NCBI GenBank assembly: GCA_017397075.1
Contig: JAFQKD010000081.1
Span: 1 to 48,407, forward strand
Source of the DNA: Oscillospiraceae bacterium
Lineage (GTDB): Bacteria > Bacillota > Clostridia > Oscillospirales > Oscillospiraceae
Direction: 5' to 3'
Length of the DNA stretch: 48,407 nt
In this document: positions 7,964-16,786 of the stretch, piece by piece
How the letters are laid out: each line of letters begins with the position of its first letter
Numbering within the stretch: position 1 is the stretch's first letter
Translations under genes and position numbers: made by a program
The notes under the pieces: generated by a model
What the model was told of the DNA's origin: nothing
Database searches by the model: none
What the model saw: the letters and a program-made list of their open reading frames with translations, nothing else

Positions 7964-9315
7964 AGGCTGCCTCCCGCAAGATGGCCACCCTCTTCAATGG
8001 CATTTGCCACAAGATCCACCGCATCCTGCGCATCCCGCAGCTCCTTCGCCTCGCTCATGACACGCAGGAGAGGCTCCGTTCCGCTGGGGCGGACAAGCAG
8101 CCGTCCCCGCTCGCCCAGCATTTCCTCCGCATCCCTGCAGGCTTTCTGCACAGCGGGATCGTTAAGCACGGCATTTTTCTCCTTTACCCGCAGGTTTTTC
8201 AGCACCTGAGGCCAAAGCTTCATGGGTTCGGCAAGTCTTCCCAGAGAGGTCTTCTGATCCATTACTGCCTGCATCACAAGGATGGCGGTGAGAAGACCGT
8301 CGCCTGTAGTGGCGTATTTCCGGAAGATCACATGACCGGACTGTTCTCCCCCAAGGGAATAGCGCTTTTCGCACATCCGCTCATAAACGTACTTATCTCC
8401 CACATTTGTGGTCTCACAGGCGATCCCCGCTTCCTCCAGCGCCTTGAAGAGTCCCATATTGCTCATGACCGTGGCCACCACCGTGTGCCCACGAAGGAGG
8501 CCTTCCCGCTCCAGATACTTTCCGCAGACATAGAGGATGTGGTCGCCGGTGATGACATTGCCCTCCTCATCCACTGCAAGACAGCGGTCGCCGTCTCCGT
8601 CAAAGGCAAAACCAAGATCCAGACGGTTATCCACCACAAATCTCCGCAGTCCGTCCATATGGGTGGAGCCGCAGTCCTGATTGATGTTGAGACCGCTGGG
8701 CGCATCGTTCATGACAAAGGTCTTTGCCCCAAGGGCGTCAAACACGTTTCTGGCGATCATCCACGTACTGCCGTTTGCGCAGTCGAGACCGATGCGCATA
8801 CCCTTGAAGGAATAGGCAGAGCAGGAGATGAGATAGCCGATGTAGCGGTTCCGTCCGGCGGCATAGTCCACTGTGCGGCCGATATTCTCCCCCGTGGCGT
8901 AGGGGATGCCCATGGTCTGATGATCCAGATGGGCTTCCACTGCCTCGATAACAGACTCCTCCATCTTCTCACCGTTGGCGTTAAGAAGCTTAATGCCGTT
9001 ATCGTAATAGGCATTGTGGCTTGCCGAGATCATGATGCCGCAGTCAAAATCCTCGCTGCGGGTCACAAAGGCAACGCCGGGGGTGGTGATCACATGGAGG
9101 ATGTAGGCATCCGCCCCAGAAGCCATAAGCCCCGCGCACAGGGCATATTCAAACATATAGCTGGAACGGCGGGTATCCTTGCCGATGACCACCTTGCATT
9201 TGTGGTCTCTGCCGTAGTACCAGCCAAGAAAACGTCCCACCTCAAAGGCGTGCTCCACCGTAAGTCCAACGCCTGCTTCCCCGCGGAAGCCGTCAGTTCC
9301 GAAATACTTGCTCAA
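7960..9315 (-). CDS. glmM: Phosphoglucosamine mutase
   Basis: YFGTDGFRGEAG N-terminus and the SASHNAYYDNGIK phosphoserine loop. ORF extends to 9336 (GTG), but the TTG at 9315 has AAGGAG 7 nt upstream and gives the canonical MSKYFGTDG start. Confidence 0.92.
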   Translation of the reverse strand: MSKYFGTDGFRGEAGVGLTVEHAFEVGRFLGWYYGRDHKCKVVIGKDTRRSSYMFEYALCAGLMASGADAYILHVITTPGVAFVTRSEDFDCGIMISASHNAYYDNGIKLLNANGEKMEESVIEAVEAHLDHQTMGIPYATGENIGRTVDYAAGRNRYIGYLISCSAYSFKGMRIGLDCANGSTWMIARNVFDALGAKTFVMNDAPSGLNINQDCGSTHMDGLRRFVVDNRLDLGFAFDGDGDRCLAVDEEGNVITGDHILYVCGKYLEREGLLRGHTVVATVMSNMGLFKALEEAGIACETTNVGDKYVYERMCEKRYSLGGEQSGHVIFRKYATTGDGLLTAILVMQAVMDQKTSLGRLAEPMKLWPQVLKNLRVKEKNAVLNDPAVQKACRDAEEMLGERGRLLVRPSGTEPLLRVMSEAKELRDAQDAVDLVANAIEEGGHLAGGSL

Positions 9316-9350
9316 GCTGTGCTCCTTTCTGCGCACCGAAGTCTTTATGC

Positions 9351-9385
9351 AAGGAACTGCCCGAGTTTTCCTCAGGCAGTTCCTT
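9351..9385 (-). terminator. Hairpin after nagB (no clear U-tract)
   Basis: 11-bp stem AAGGAACTGCC / GGCAGTTCCTT with a 13-nt loop. Confidence 0.45.
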
Positions 9386-9398
9386 TACGCGTTCTGTT

Positions 9399-10112
9399 TT
9401 ACAGCAGAGATGCCGCGTCGGGATCCAGATACACATCCACATCGGGATGCAGCTGCAGGATGGAGGCAGGAACGTCTGGGGTCACTTCGCCCAGGATGAA
9501 ATCACGGACGGTCTGCGCCTTTGCCTTGCCGATGCAGATCATGAGGATGCTCTTTGCTTTCATAACGGTCTTGATGCCCATGCTGACAGCCTGAGTGGGG
9601 ACTTCGTCGATGCTCTCGAAGAAGCGGGCGTTTGCCTGACGGGTGGAATCGGTGAGATCCACCACATGGGTCACGCTGCCGAAGGGCGTGCCGGGCTCAT
9701 TGAAACCGATGTGGCCGTTGTTGCCGATGCCCAGAAGCTGCAGGTCGATGCCGCCGGCAGCCTCGATGGCCTCATCATACTTTGCAGCGATGTCGGTGTT
9801 GATGCCGTTGGGAACATGGGTGTTCTCGATGGGGATGTCGATGTTGTAGAACAGATTCTTGTTCATGAAGTAACGGTAGGACTGGGGATGGGTCCCGTCA
9901 AGCCCTGCGTACTCGTCAAGGTTGAAGGTGGTGGCGCGGGCAAAGGACAAAGCGCCTTCACGGTTCAGTCTGGCAAGCTCGAAATACAGACCCAGAGGGG
10001 TGGAGCCGGTGGCGTAGCCCAGAACAGCCTCAGGCTTCCGGTTCAGCAGCTCAACATACTTCTGCGCAGCATCTCTGGCGATCTGCTCCTGCTTCTCAAT
10101 ATGTATTCTCAT
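9399..10112 (-). CDS. nagB: Glucosamine-6-phosphate deaminase
   Basis: ORF extends to 10232. ATG at 10112 follows AGGAGGTACGAA. Motifs GLATGSTP-like (GYATGSTPLG) and LLGIGNNGHIGFNEPG. Confidence 0.9.
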   Translation of the reverse strand: MRIHIEKQEQIARDAAQKYVELLNRKPEAVLGYATGSTPLGLYFELARLNREGALSFARATTFNLDEYAGLDGTHPQSYRYFMNKNLFYNIDIPIENTHVPNGINTDIAAKYDEAIEAAGGIDLQLLGIGNNGHIGFNEPGTPFGSVTHVVDLTDSTRQANARFFESIDEVPTQAVSMGIKTVMKAKSILMICIGKAKAQTVRDFILGEVTPDVPASILQLHPDVDVYLDPDAASLL

Positions 10113-10223
10113 TTCGTACCTCCTGAAACTTGGCAGGTGTTTCCTGCCTGTTGTTACTATCATAGCATGAATTTGTGAAAATATCCACACAGAATCATGA
10201 AGTTTTCGTTCATATTCTGTCAT

Positions 10224-10265
10224 AAACAGCATCGCCGCAGGTTTCCCCGCGGCGACAGGCTGTTT
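10224..10265 (-). terminator. Imperfect long hairpin at the end of the MFS gene
   Basis: AAACAGC..TCGCCGC / GCGGCGA..GCTGTTT, overlapping the stop codon. Poor U-tract on the - strand. Confidence 0.4.
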
Positions 10266-11557
10266 TATGCTTCCAACCGATGGATATGTTTATCTCTGCG
10301 GAAAAACAGACAGGTCAACATCCCAAGCACACCGATGACCGCGAAGAAAAAGGCAGCCCCGCTTCCCTTTCCTGTACCGAAGCATCGGTTAAGAAAACTA
10401 TCCCCACTCTGCAGAGCCATCAGCGGCTCAAAGAGTCTGTCCACCGCAAATCCGCCAAGAAAATACCCCAGCGGAATGGTGAAAAACTGAAAAGAATTCC
10501 TTGCGGCAAATACTCTGCCCTGAAGCTCCCGCGGAATTCTGCTGCGGTATACCGCGTCCAGATTGGCATTCATCAGCGGGATTGAGATCCACCCCAGAAA
10601 CGCACCTGCGCACCACACAGGAAGGGTTCTTCCGAAAGCAAGAAGAAAATTCTCCGTACTCATGGAGAGCATAAGGCAGTACCAAATTGCTTTCACCCGG
10701 CTTTTCGGTGTTTTGAGCAGCGAGGCAAGAATGCTGCCCGCCAGCATGGTGACCCCTGTGACGGTATTCATTATCCCCAGGGCCGTAGTCCCTCCCCGGG
10801 GCCTTGAAAGCAGCATTGCAGGAAACGCCGCCTGATACATGGAGGCAGTCAGGTTAATGGCAGCCAGAAACAGCATCAGGTGCAGAATCCCTTTTTCCTG
10901 CCGCAGATACCGAAGGCCGCCGCTCACTGTGCGAAAGAAGCTTTCCCGATCGCCTGCAGGCAGTTTCTGTCCCGGCACCGGTATGGCAAAAAGCAGCACA
11001 AGAAATGCCAGCACAAAGCTGCCCAGATCCACAGCAAACACAATATCCATACCACCGAACGCCAGCAATGCTGTTGCCAGCACAGGGGTCAGAACAGAAG
11101 AAAGAGAGGAGGAAAAATACCGAAGCCCTCCAACCTTCTGATAGTATTTCTTCGGCAGCAGCAATGTAGTCATCACTTCGGACGCAGGCTGCTGCACCGT
11201 GTTCATGAGGCCTGTTACCGCGTTCACCGCATAAAGATGCCGGATTTTCAGCGTATCGGTTTTCAAAAGCAGAAGTACACAAAGGGTAGATGCTGCCGCC
11301 AGTGCATCACAGACAAGCATGGTCCGCTTCTTATCCCATCTGTCGCTGACAGCTCCCGCAAAAAGGCTCATGACCACATACGGGGCATAGCTGCAAACCA
11401 TAAGCAGCGCCGTGCGCAGGGCAGACCCCTCCTGCGTATAAGACCAGATCACAAGGGCATAGGCCGTCATGGCGCTTCCAAGTCCCGAGATCATCTGCGT
11501 CAGCCACAGCAGCAGATAATGACGCATTTCGTAAAGCACAGTAAATTGATGTTTCAT
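10265..11557 (-). CDS. MFS transporter (EntS/MFS_3-like)
   Basis: 430 aa with about 12 predicted TM segments. N-terminus LLLWLTQMISGLGSAMTAYALVIWSY is typical of this MFS subgroup. Confidence 0.85.
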   Translation of the reverse strand: MKHQFTVLYEMRHYLLLWLTQMISGLGSAMTAYALVIWSYTQEGSALRTALLMVCSYAPYVVMSLFAGAVSDRWDKKRTMLVCDALAAASTLCVLLLLKTDTLKIRHLYAVNAVTGLMNTVQQPASEVMTTLLLPKKYYQKVGGLRYFSSSLSSVLTPVLATALLAFGGMDIVFAVDLGSFVLAFLVLLFAIPVPGQKLPAGDRESFFRTVSGGLRYLRQEKGILHLMLFLAAINLTASMYQAAFPAMLLSRPRGGTTALGIMNTVTGVTMLAGSILASLLKTPKSRVKAIWYCLMLSMSTENFLLAFGRTLPVWCAGAFLGWISIPLMNANLDAVYRSRIPRELQGRVFAARNSFQFFTIPLGYFLGGFAVDRLFEPLMALQSGDSFLNRCFGTGKGSGAAFFFAVIGVLGMLTCLFFRRDKHIHRLEA

Positions 11558-11573
11558 TTTATTTGGCTCCTGA

Positions 11574-11592
11574 TTTGATATTTTTTATCAAA
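11574..11592. promoter_or_regulatory. Palindrome TTTGATA-N5-TATCAAA just upstream of the MFS gene RBS (possible operator)
   Basis: Perfect 7-bp inverted arms separated by TTTTT, 4 nt upstream of the GGAGCC RBS. Confidence 0.3.
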
Positions 11593-11614
11593 CACCGAGC
11601 CCGGGAACACTTCG

Positions 11615-11646
11615 CTCCATGCAGCTTCCTCAGGCTCTGCATGGAG
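11615..11646 (-). terminator. Hairpin downstream of the RNHCP gene
   Basis: 10-bp stem CTCCATGCAG / CTGCATGGAG with a 12-nt loop. No U-tract. Confidence 0.4.
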
Positions 11647-11689
11647 CCGTGACAATGCAAAGCATCATGTTTTCTGTCCTCCCGTTCGT

Positions 11690-12091
11690 TCAAAAATTCC
11701 CCATTTCCTCCAGCTTGTCCAGCGGAAAGGGCGGCAATGCCACAGGCTTCATGGCAATGCTCATGAGCTTCATGGGGTTATCGTCCGCCGCAATGCAGTT
11801 GGACGAAAGCGCCCCGCATCTTCGGCAGCGATGGATCAGCGCCCACTCCCCGTTTTTCCGCACCCACCCAGCCACAGGCTCCATGATGCCGCCGCAGTCG
11901 GCAGCTCTGTCCCCCGGCTCTATATCCAGATGGAGGCTGGAAAGACAGTTGGGGCAGTGGTTTCTGTGGTTCGTCCCGGCTTCGCCGGGGGTAACAAGCC
12001 TCCCGCACACCTTGCAGGTAAAGGTCTCGTTGCAGGGATGGGTCTTATAGTAGCCTTTTTCGTAAAGCTTTCGCTTGTTTTCTCTGTTCAC
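11690..12091 (-). CDS. RNHCP domain-containing zinc-ribbon protein
   Basis: Literal RNHCPNCL motif plus CKVCG, CGG and CRRCG cysteine pairs. GTG start with GGGAGG 8 nt upstream. Confidence 0.8.
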   Translation of the reverse strand: MNRENKRKLYEKGYYKTHPCNETFTCKVCGRLVTPGEAGTNHRNHCPNCLSSLHLDIEPGDRAADCGGIMEPVAGWVRKNGEWALIHRCRRCGALSSNCIAADDNPMKLMSIAMKPVALPPFPLDKLEEMGNF

Positions 12092-12120
12092 CAGAATTTC
12101 CTCCCAAAATTTGTGCCGAT

Positions 12121-12158
12121 GGGAGGTCAGGCGGTATTCAGATTTGCACAGACCTCCC
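12121..12158 (-). other. Hairpin whose arms are SD-like (GGGAGGTC) and anti-SD-like (GACCTCCC)
   Basis: 8-bp stem with a 22-nt loop. Sits between the mini-ORF stop (12161) and the RNHCP gene RBS (GGGAGG, 12100-12105). Confidence 0.35.
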
Positions 12159-12160
12159 GG

Positions 12161-12196
12161 TCAGCACACAGTCTCCTTTGTACCGATAAGCTTCAT
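12161..12196 (-). other. 11-codon mini-ORF (MKLIGTKETVC) with a strong RBS
   Basis: AGGAGG (12205-12210) 8 nt upstream of the ATG at 12196. TGA at 12161-12163. Too short to judge whether it is coding. Confidence 0.25.
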
Positions 12197-12209
12197 AAAC
12201 GTATCCTCC

Positions 12210-12641
12210 TTAACAAGATAAGAATTTCAGGATCTTTTCCGCGGCTTCTTCTGCGGAATCTTCTCCGCTGCGGATGTGCACATGGCAGAATTCCCCGTCA
12301 AAGCACCCGTGCTTCCGCTCCAGCATGGCTTTCACGGGAGGCGGCAGATTTCCCCGCATCCGTGCGGCAAACCGCTCCAGGATCATAGAAAGCTCTGCCG
12401 TGACCAGAACACGAACGGCATCCTCCGGCAGAAGCGCAAGCTGCTCCTTTTCCGCGATGACATAGATCACGTTTTCACCGCTTTGCATCTTTTCCCGAAA
12501 TGCAGCCTTCGCCGCCTCTTCACTTTTAGCAAGACGGAGGTAATCCTTCCCGCTCCACACGGCGCCTCCGATTTTCTCCTGCAGCAGCTTTGCAAGGGTG
12601 GATTTCCCCGTGCAGCTTTCGCCGAATATCCCGACAGTCAT
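12210..12641 (-). CDS. P-loop NTPase, cytidylate-kinase-like family
   Basis: ORF extends to 12674. ATG at 12641 follows GGAGGCAAAG. Walker A GESCTGKST. Confidence 0.65.
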   Translation of the reverse strand: MTVGIFGESCTGKSTLAKLLQEKIGGAVWSGKDYLRLAKSEEAAKAAFREKMQSGENVIYVIAEKEQLALLPEDAVRVLVTAELSMILERFAARMRGNLPPPVKAMLERKHGCFDGEFCHVHIRSGEDSAEEAAEKILKFLSC

Positions 12642-12828
12642 CTTTGCCTCCGAAAAAGTTCCTGTTTCCTGCATTATACGCCCCTCTGATCCCCCCTGTC
12701 AATTTTCGCAGATCGGGGTAGAAAAATGGTTGTATTTGTGATATCATCGGATAGTTCTTGCTCCACTGAATCGGGCGTGGTAAAATAAAGAAAAACGCCC
12801 TTCCGCAAAAGGGCAGAAAGGCTGCAGC

Positions 12829-14004
12829 ATGAACGATTTCCTGTATTACGCACCCACTAAGGTGTATTTTGGCCGGGGCGCCGCAAACAATGCAGCTCCC
12901 TATATCAAAGCTTACGGCGCAAAGAAGGTGCTGCTCCATTACGGCGGCGGAAGCGCCCGCAGAAGCGGCCTTCTGGATCAGATCGAAAACGCCCTGAAGG
13001 AAAACGGCATTGACTATGTCTCTCTCGGCGGTGTTGAGCCAAACCCCAAGCTTCCTCTGGTGCATGAGGGCATCGCCCTTTGCGAAAAGGAAGGTGTGGA
13101 CTTCATTCTGGCCGTTGGCGGCGGAAGCGTTATCGACTCTGCAAAGAGCATCGCTCTGGGCGCTGCAAACGGTGTTGACCCCTGGCGCTTTACCATGCGG
13201 GAGCTGACCCCCACCTGTTCTCTCCCTGTGGCGACGGTGCTCACCATTGCCGCCGCCGGCAGTGAAATGTCCAATTCCCATGTGATCTCAAACCCCGCCA
13301 TTCCCCTCAAAAAAGGTCTCGGCAGCGACATTACCCGCTGCGTTGCCGCCTTCATGGATCCCGAGCTTACCTACACCGTTCCCGCCTCCCACACGGCTTA
13401 CGGCACGGTGGATATCATGATGCACACTATGGAGCGGTATTTCACCGAGGACGAGAACACCGAGCTTACCGACCGTCTTGCGGAAGGGCTTCTCACCTCC
13501 GTCATCCATGCAGGCGCTGCCGCCATCAAGAACCCCGAGGATTACGATGCCCGCGCCACCCTCATGTGGGCATCCTCTCTCAGCCACAACGGACTTACCG
13601 GCTGCATGAAGACCGTCCCCTGCATGACCGTCCATCAGCTGGAGCACGGTGTCAGCGCAGTGTTTGACCATGTTGCCCACGGCGCAGGACTTGCCGTTCT
13701 CTACCCCGCATGGGCAAAGTACATCTACAAGCTTGCCCCCCGCCGCTTTGCCGCCATGGCGCGGAACGTCTGGGGCGTGAAAAACACCGGAGACGAGCTT
13801 GCCGATGCTCTTGCAGGCATTGAGGCCATGAAGGCGTACTTTGTCTCCATCGGCGCTCCCGTTTCCTTCACGGAGCTTGGCATCGGTGAGGAATCCTTTG
13901 CCGAGATCGCAGACAACATTACCTCCTGCGGCAAGAACACCATCTGGTCCTTCAAGCCTCTGGGGAACAGGGAAATTCTGGAGATCTTCCGTCTGGCTCT
14001 GTGA
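12829..14004 (+). CDS. Iron-containing (group III) alcohol dehydrogenase, butanol dehydrogenase/YqhD-like
   Basis: LLHYGGGS, AVGGGSVIDSAK and the His cluster (HQLEHGVSAVFDHVAHGAG) are typical of Fe-ADH. Confidence 0.9.
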   Translation: MNDFLYYAPTKVYFGRGAANNAAPYIKAYGAKKVLLHYGGGSARRSGLLDQIENALKENGIDYVSLGGVEPNPKLPLVHEGIALCEKEGVDFILAVGGGSVIDSAKSIALGAANGVDPWRFTMRELTPTCSLPVATVLTIAAAGSEMSNSHVISNPAIPLKKGLGSDITRCVAAFMDPELTYTVPASHTAYGTVDIMMHTMERYFTEDENTELTDRLAEGLLTSVIHAGAAAIKNPEDYDARATLMWASSLSHNGLTGCMKTVPCMTVHQLEHGVSAVFDHVAHGAGLAVLYPAWAKYIYKLAPRRFAAMARNVWGVKNTGDELADALAGIEAMKAYFVSIGAPVSFTELGIGEESFAEIADNITSCGKNTIWSFKPLGNREILEIFRLAL

Positions 14005-14599
14005 TCCGTCTGAGTGTCACCGCCGATACTTCAAAGGCGGTGCGCTCCTCGCTTCCCGTTTCCAGCAATTTCATGTAGTTTCTGCTTTGGATCCGGCCGG
14101 TCAGCAGCACGCGGTCATGCGCCTGCCAGCCGGCCGCTTCCTCTGCCTGCCGTCCCCAGGCGATGCAGGGAAGGTAATCGTACCTGCCGTACCGCCGCTG
14201 AACGGCAAGCATCATGTCGCTGATGTCCCTGCCGAGAGGCGTGCGTCTCAGTCCCGGGGCGCGGCACAAGGTTCCCATAAGGCGTACCTCGTTTGTATCC
14301 GCCCCGTCGGCAAACGCAATGCTCCGGGCAAACACGGTAATCACAAGCCTGCTCCCCGGCCCTGTCCGGTTATTGAAAGAACGCACCTGCCCTGTAACAA
14401 GGAGCTTTTCGCCGCTCTCCGGTTCAAGGGCTTCCAAAAGCTCCCGCCGGGCAAGGATATTGATCTTGTCCGTGGTGCCGGAAAGGCGCTCCACCTCTAA
14501 AGGAAAGCGCCAGAATTCCTCCTGCCGCACGCAGTGGGAAAAAACAGGCCTGCCTGCCGCCGTACCTTTCAGCACTGCGTAATTTGTGATCTCATCCAT
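13952..14599 (-). CDS. SSB-like protein with two tandem OB-fold halves, no acidic C-terminal tail
   Basis: N-terminal half (FPLEVERLSGTTDKINILA...VTGQVRSFNN...RLVITVFARSI) resembles the short clostridial SSB-like proteins. The second half repeats the pattern (LTGRIQSRNY). GAGGTGGAACC RBS. The last 53 nt overlap the convergent ADH gene. Confidence 0.6.
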   Translation of the reverse strand: MDEITNYAVLKGTAAGRPVFSHCVRQEEFWRFPLEVERLSGTTDKINILARRELLEALEPESGEKLLVTGQVRSFNNRTGPGSRLVITVFARSIAFADGADTNEVRLMGTLCRAPGLRRTPLGRDISDMMLAVQRRYGRYDYLPCIAWGRQAEEAAGWQAHDRVLLTGRIQSRNYMKLLETGSEERTAFEVSAVTLRRITEPDGRSPEFPCSPEA

Positions 14600-14660
14600 G
14601 GTTCCACCTCATATCTCGTGATGGAACATCCTATGATTGCAGATACAGGAGTAGACCCCC

Positions 14661-15281
14661 ATGAACATCAACTACCGCAAGGATCTTGCCCGTCTTCTGC
14701 AGGAGGTTTCCGCCCTTCCGGAAAAGCCGAAGCTTCTGCTTCATGCCTGCTGCGGTCCATGCGCCGCTCCGGTGCTTGAGCGGCTGTCCCCCTATTTTCG
14801 GCTGACGATCCTGTACTATAATCCAAATACAGCGCCGGAAGCGGAATTTCTCCGCCGTCTTGCGGCGGTAAAGACCATTGCCGCAGCGCAGCCGGAGCCT
14901 GTGCCTGTCATCGTACCGGAGTACCGCCCGGAGGAGTTTTATGCCCCCGCTGCGGGAATGGAACATCTTCCCGAAGGGGGAAAGCGCTGTCTCCTCTGCT
15001 GGGAGCTTCGTCTCCGCGAAACTGCCCTGCAGGCAGCAAAGCTTGGTTTTCCCTGGTTCGGCTCCACCCTCACGGTAGGGCCAACCAAAAATGCCCGAAT
15101 CATCAATCCTATGGGAGATGCCCTTGCCAAAGAAACGGGGCTCCGCTGGCTCACCGCCGACTTCAAGAAGGACGGCGGCTATGACAGAGCGCGGATCCTC
15201 TCTCAGCAGTACGGGCTTTACCGTCAGGATTTCTGCGGCTGCACCCCATCCTACCTTGAAGCCCATCCCAATCTGAAATAA
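14661..15281 (+). CDS. queH: Epoxyqueuosine reductase QueH (DUF208)
   Basis: LLLHACCGPC motif, a conserved Cys cluster, and the C-terminal QDFCGC. Confidence 0.88.
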   Translation: MNINYRKDLARLLQEVSALPEKPKLLLHACCGPCAAPVLERLSPYFRLTILYYNPNTAPEAEFLRRLAAVKTIAAAQPEPVPVIVPEYRPEEFYAPAAGMEHLPEGGKRCLLCWELRLRETALQAAKLGFPWFGSTLTVGPTKNARIINPMGDALAKETGLRWLTADFKKDGGYDRARILSQQYGLYRQDFCGCTPSYLEAHPNLK

Positions 15282-15294
15282 AGAAGGCAAAGCC

Positions 15295-15813
15295 ATGAAT
15301 ATCTCCGTCCGCAAAATCGCATACGCTGCTGTTGTCGGTGCAGCTTACGCCGCTCTCACCATGCTTATGGCACCCATCAGCTATGGCAATCTGCAGATCC
15401 GTCTGTCTGAGGCGCTGTGTATCCTGCCTTATTTCTTTCCCTCCACCGCATGGGGTCTTTTTGTGGGCTGCGCTCTTGCAAACCTGATGAGCACAGCCGG
15501 CATTCTCGATGTGATTTTCGGCTCTCTGGCAACACTCATCGCCTGTCTCATCACCGCATGGCTGGGAAAGCGCCACGGACCTAAGCCTCTTGCGTGCCTG
15601 CCCCCCGTGGTGGTAAACGGCGTGATCATCGGCGCGGTGCTGGCATGGATGTTCGCTCCCCACGAGATTTTCTGGGAGAGCATGCTGATCTTCGGTCTTG
15701 AAGTTGCCGGCGGCGAGATCATTGCCATGTACGCTGTCGGTCTCCCCCTTCTCTATCTTCTGCCCAAGGCGAGATTCTTTTCCATTATGCGTGCGTTTTA
15801 CGCGAAAGGCTGA
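15295..15813 (+). CDS. queT: QueT-family queuosine-precursor transporter (ECF S-component-like)
   Basis: 172-aa multi-TM protein. The N-terminus IAYAAVVGAAYAALTML...QIRLSEAL is typical of QueT. Lies 13 nt after queH. Confidence 0.8.
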   Translation: MNISVRKIAYAAVVGAAYAALTMLMAPISYGNLQIRLSEALCILPYFFPSTAWGLFVGCALANLMSTAGILDVIFGSLATLIACLITAWLGKRHGPKPLACLPPVVVNGVIIGAVLAWMFAPHEIFWESMLIFGLEVAGGEIIAMYAVGLPLLYLLPKARFFSIMRAFYAKG

Positions 15814-15862
15814 TTTCCCCTTCCCTTTTCCGGGCATACTACCGAAAAAAGGGAGGCTGTCC

Positions 15863-16747
15863 ATGAAACCAAATATGCGAAAAAAAGACAGGCTTTCCTC
15901 TCTGCTGTACACAGCAGGCGGGAACCTGTCTCTTGTTTTGGGACTGAAGCTGTTTCTGGAGGAAAACGGCATTGCCGCAGGCGGTTTTTCCGGTATTGCC
16001 ATTATTCTGAATTACCTTTTTCCGGTGAATATCGGGGTTTTCACCCTGCTTCTCACCCTGCCTTTTCTGGTGTGGAGCTATTTTCTTCGGGGCAAACGCT
16101 TCACGCTGCTCACCGCCGTATCTTCTCTGTCCTTTTCTCTTTTTGCGGAAGCACTGGACTTTCTTCCCCTTCTTACGGAGGATCTGCTCCTTGCCTCCCT
16201 TTGCGGCGGACTGCTTTACGGACTTTCCGCCTATCTCTTCCTTCGCGGCAGCGCATCCAGCGGCGGAACGGATCTTGTCGCCCGGCTTTTGCTCCATTAC
16301 AGGAGGGAGCTTTCTCTGGGAACGATGCTCCTCATTATCGACGGCATCGTCGTCCTCGCATCTGTGTTTGTCTCCGGAAACCCGGAGCTTGGGGTCTACG
16401 CGGTGGTTTCCCTTGCAGCATGCTCTGCAGCCGCAGATATTCTGGTGCGCAGCGCAAACAAGGCAAATCTGTTTTTCATCATCACAAAGCATCCCCAAAA
16501 GCTTGCCGACGGGATCCTCTTTGAGCTTGGCCGGGGGGCAACCTGCCTTGACGGCACAGGGATGTACAGCCGCCATCTGGGAGAAAACGGGGCGCTTCAC
16601 ATTCTGTTTGCGGTGGTAAAACCCCGTGAAGTCTGGCGGCTTGAAGCATTGGTGCAGCGGCTCGATCCGGAAGCCTTTACCGTGCACTGCCCCGCAAACG
16701 GCATTGCGGGAGAGGGCTTTTCCCGTATCACGCCCGGCAAAGCATAA
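15863..16747 (+). CDS. YitT-family membrane protein (DUF2179 C-terminal domain)
   Basis: ORF 15698-16747. ATG at 15863 follows GGGAGG. GIAAGGFSGIAII and SSGGTDL motifs. Confidence 0.8.
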   Translation: MKPNMRKKDRLSSLLYTAGGNLSLVLGLKLFLEENGIAAGGFSGIAIILNYLFPVNIGVFTLLLTLPFLVWSYFLRGKRFTLLTAVSSLSFSLFAEALDFLPLLTEDLLLASLCGGLLYGLSAYLFLRGSASSGGTDLVARLLLHYRRELSLGTMLLIIDGIVVLASVFVSGNPELGVYAVVSLAACSAAADILVRSANKANLFFIITKHPQKLADGILFELGRGATCLDGTGMYSRHLGENGALHILFAVVKPREVWRLEALVQRLDPEAFTVHCPANGIAGEGFSRITPGKA

Positions 16748-16750
16748 AAA

Positions 16751-16778
16751 AGTCCCTGAAACCTTGGTTTCAGGGACT
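16751..16778. terminator. Bidirectional intrinsic terminator
   Basis: 12-bp stem AGTCCCTGAAAC / GTTTCAGGGACT flanked by an A-run and a T-run. Lies between convergent stops at 16747 and 16787. Confidence 0.85.
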
Positions 16779-16786
16779 TTTGCTGC

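Noticed and set aside
12739-12746. TGATATCA palindrome upstream of the alcohol dehydrogenase as a Rex box
   Set aside because: It does not fit the TGTGA-N6-TCACA / TTGTTAA-N4-TTAACAA architecture. It is too short to call.
14600-14660. Looked for a preQ1 riboswitch upstream of queH
   Set aside because: The spacer is too short and lacks the conserved preQ1-I/II sequence features.
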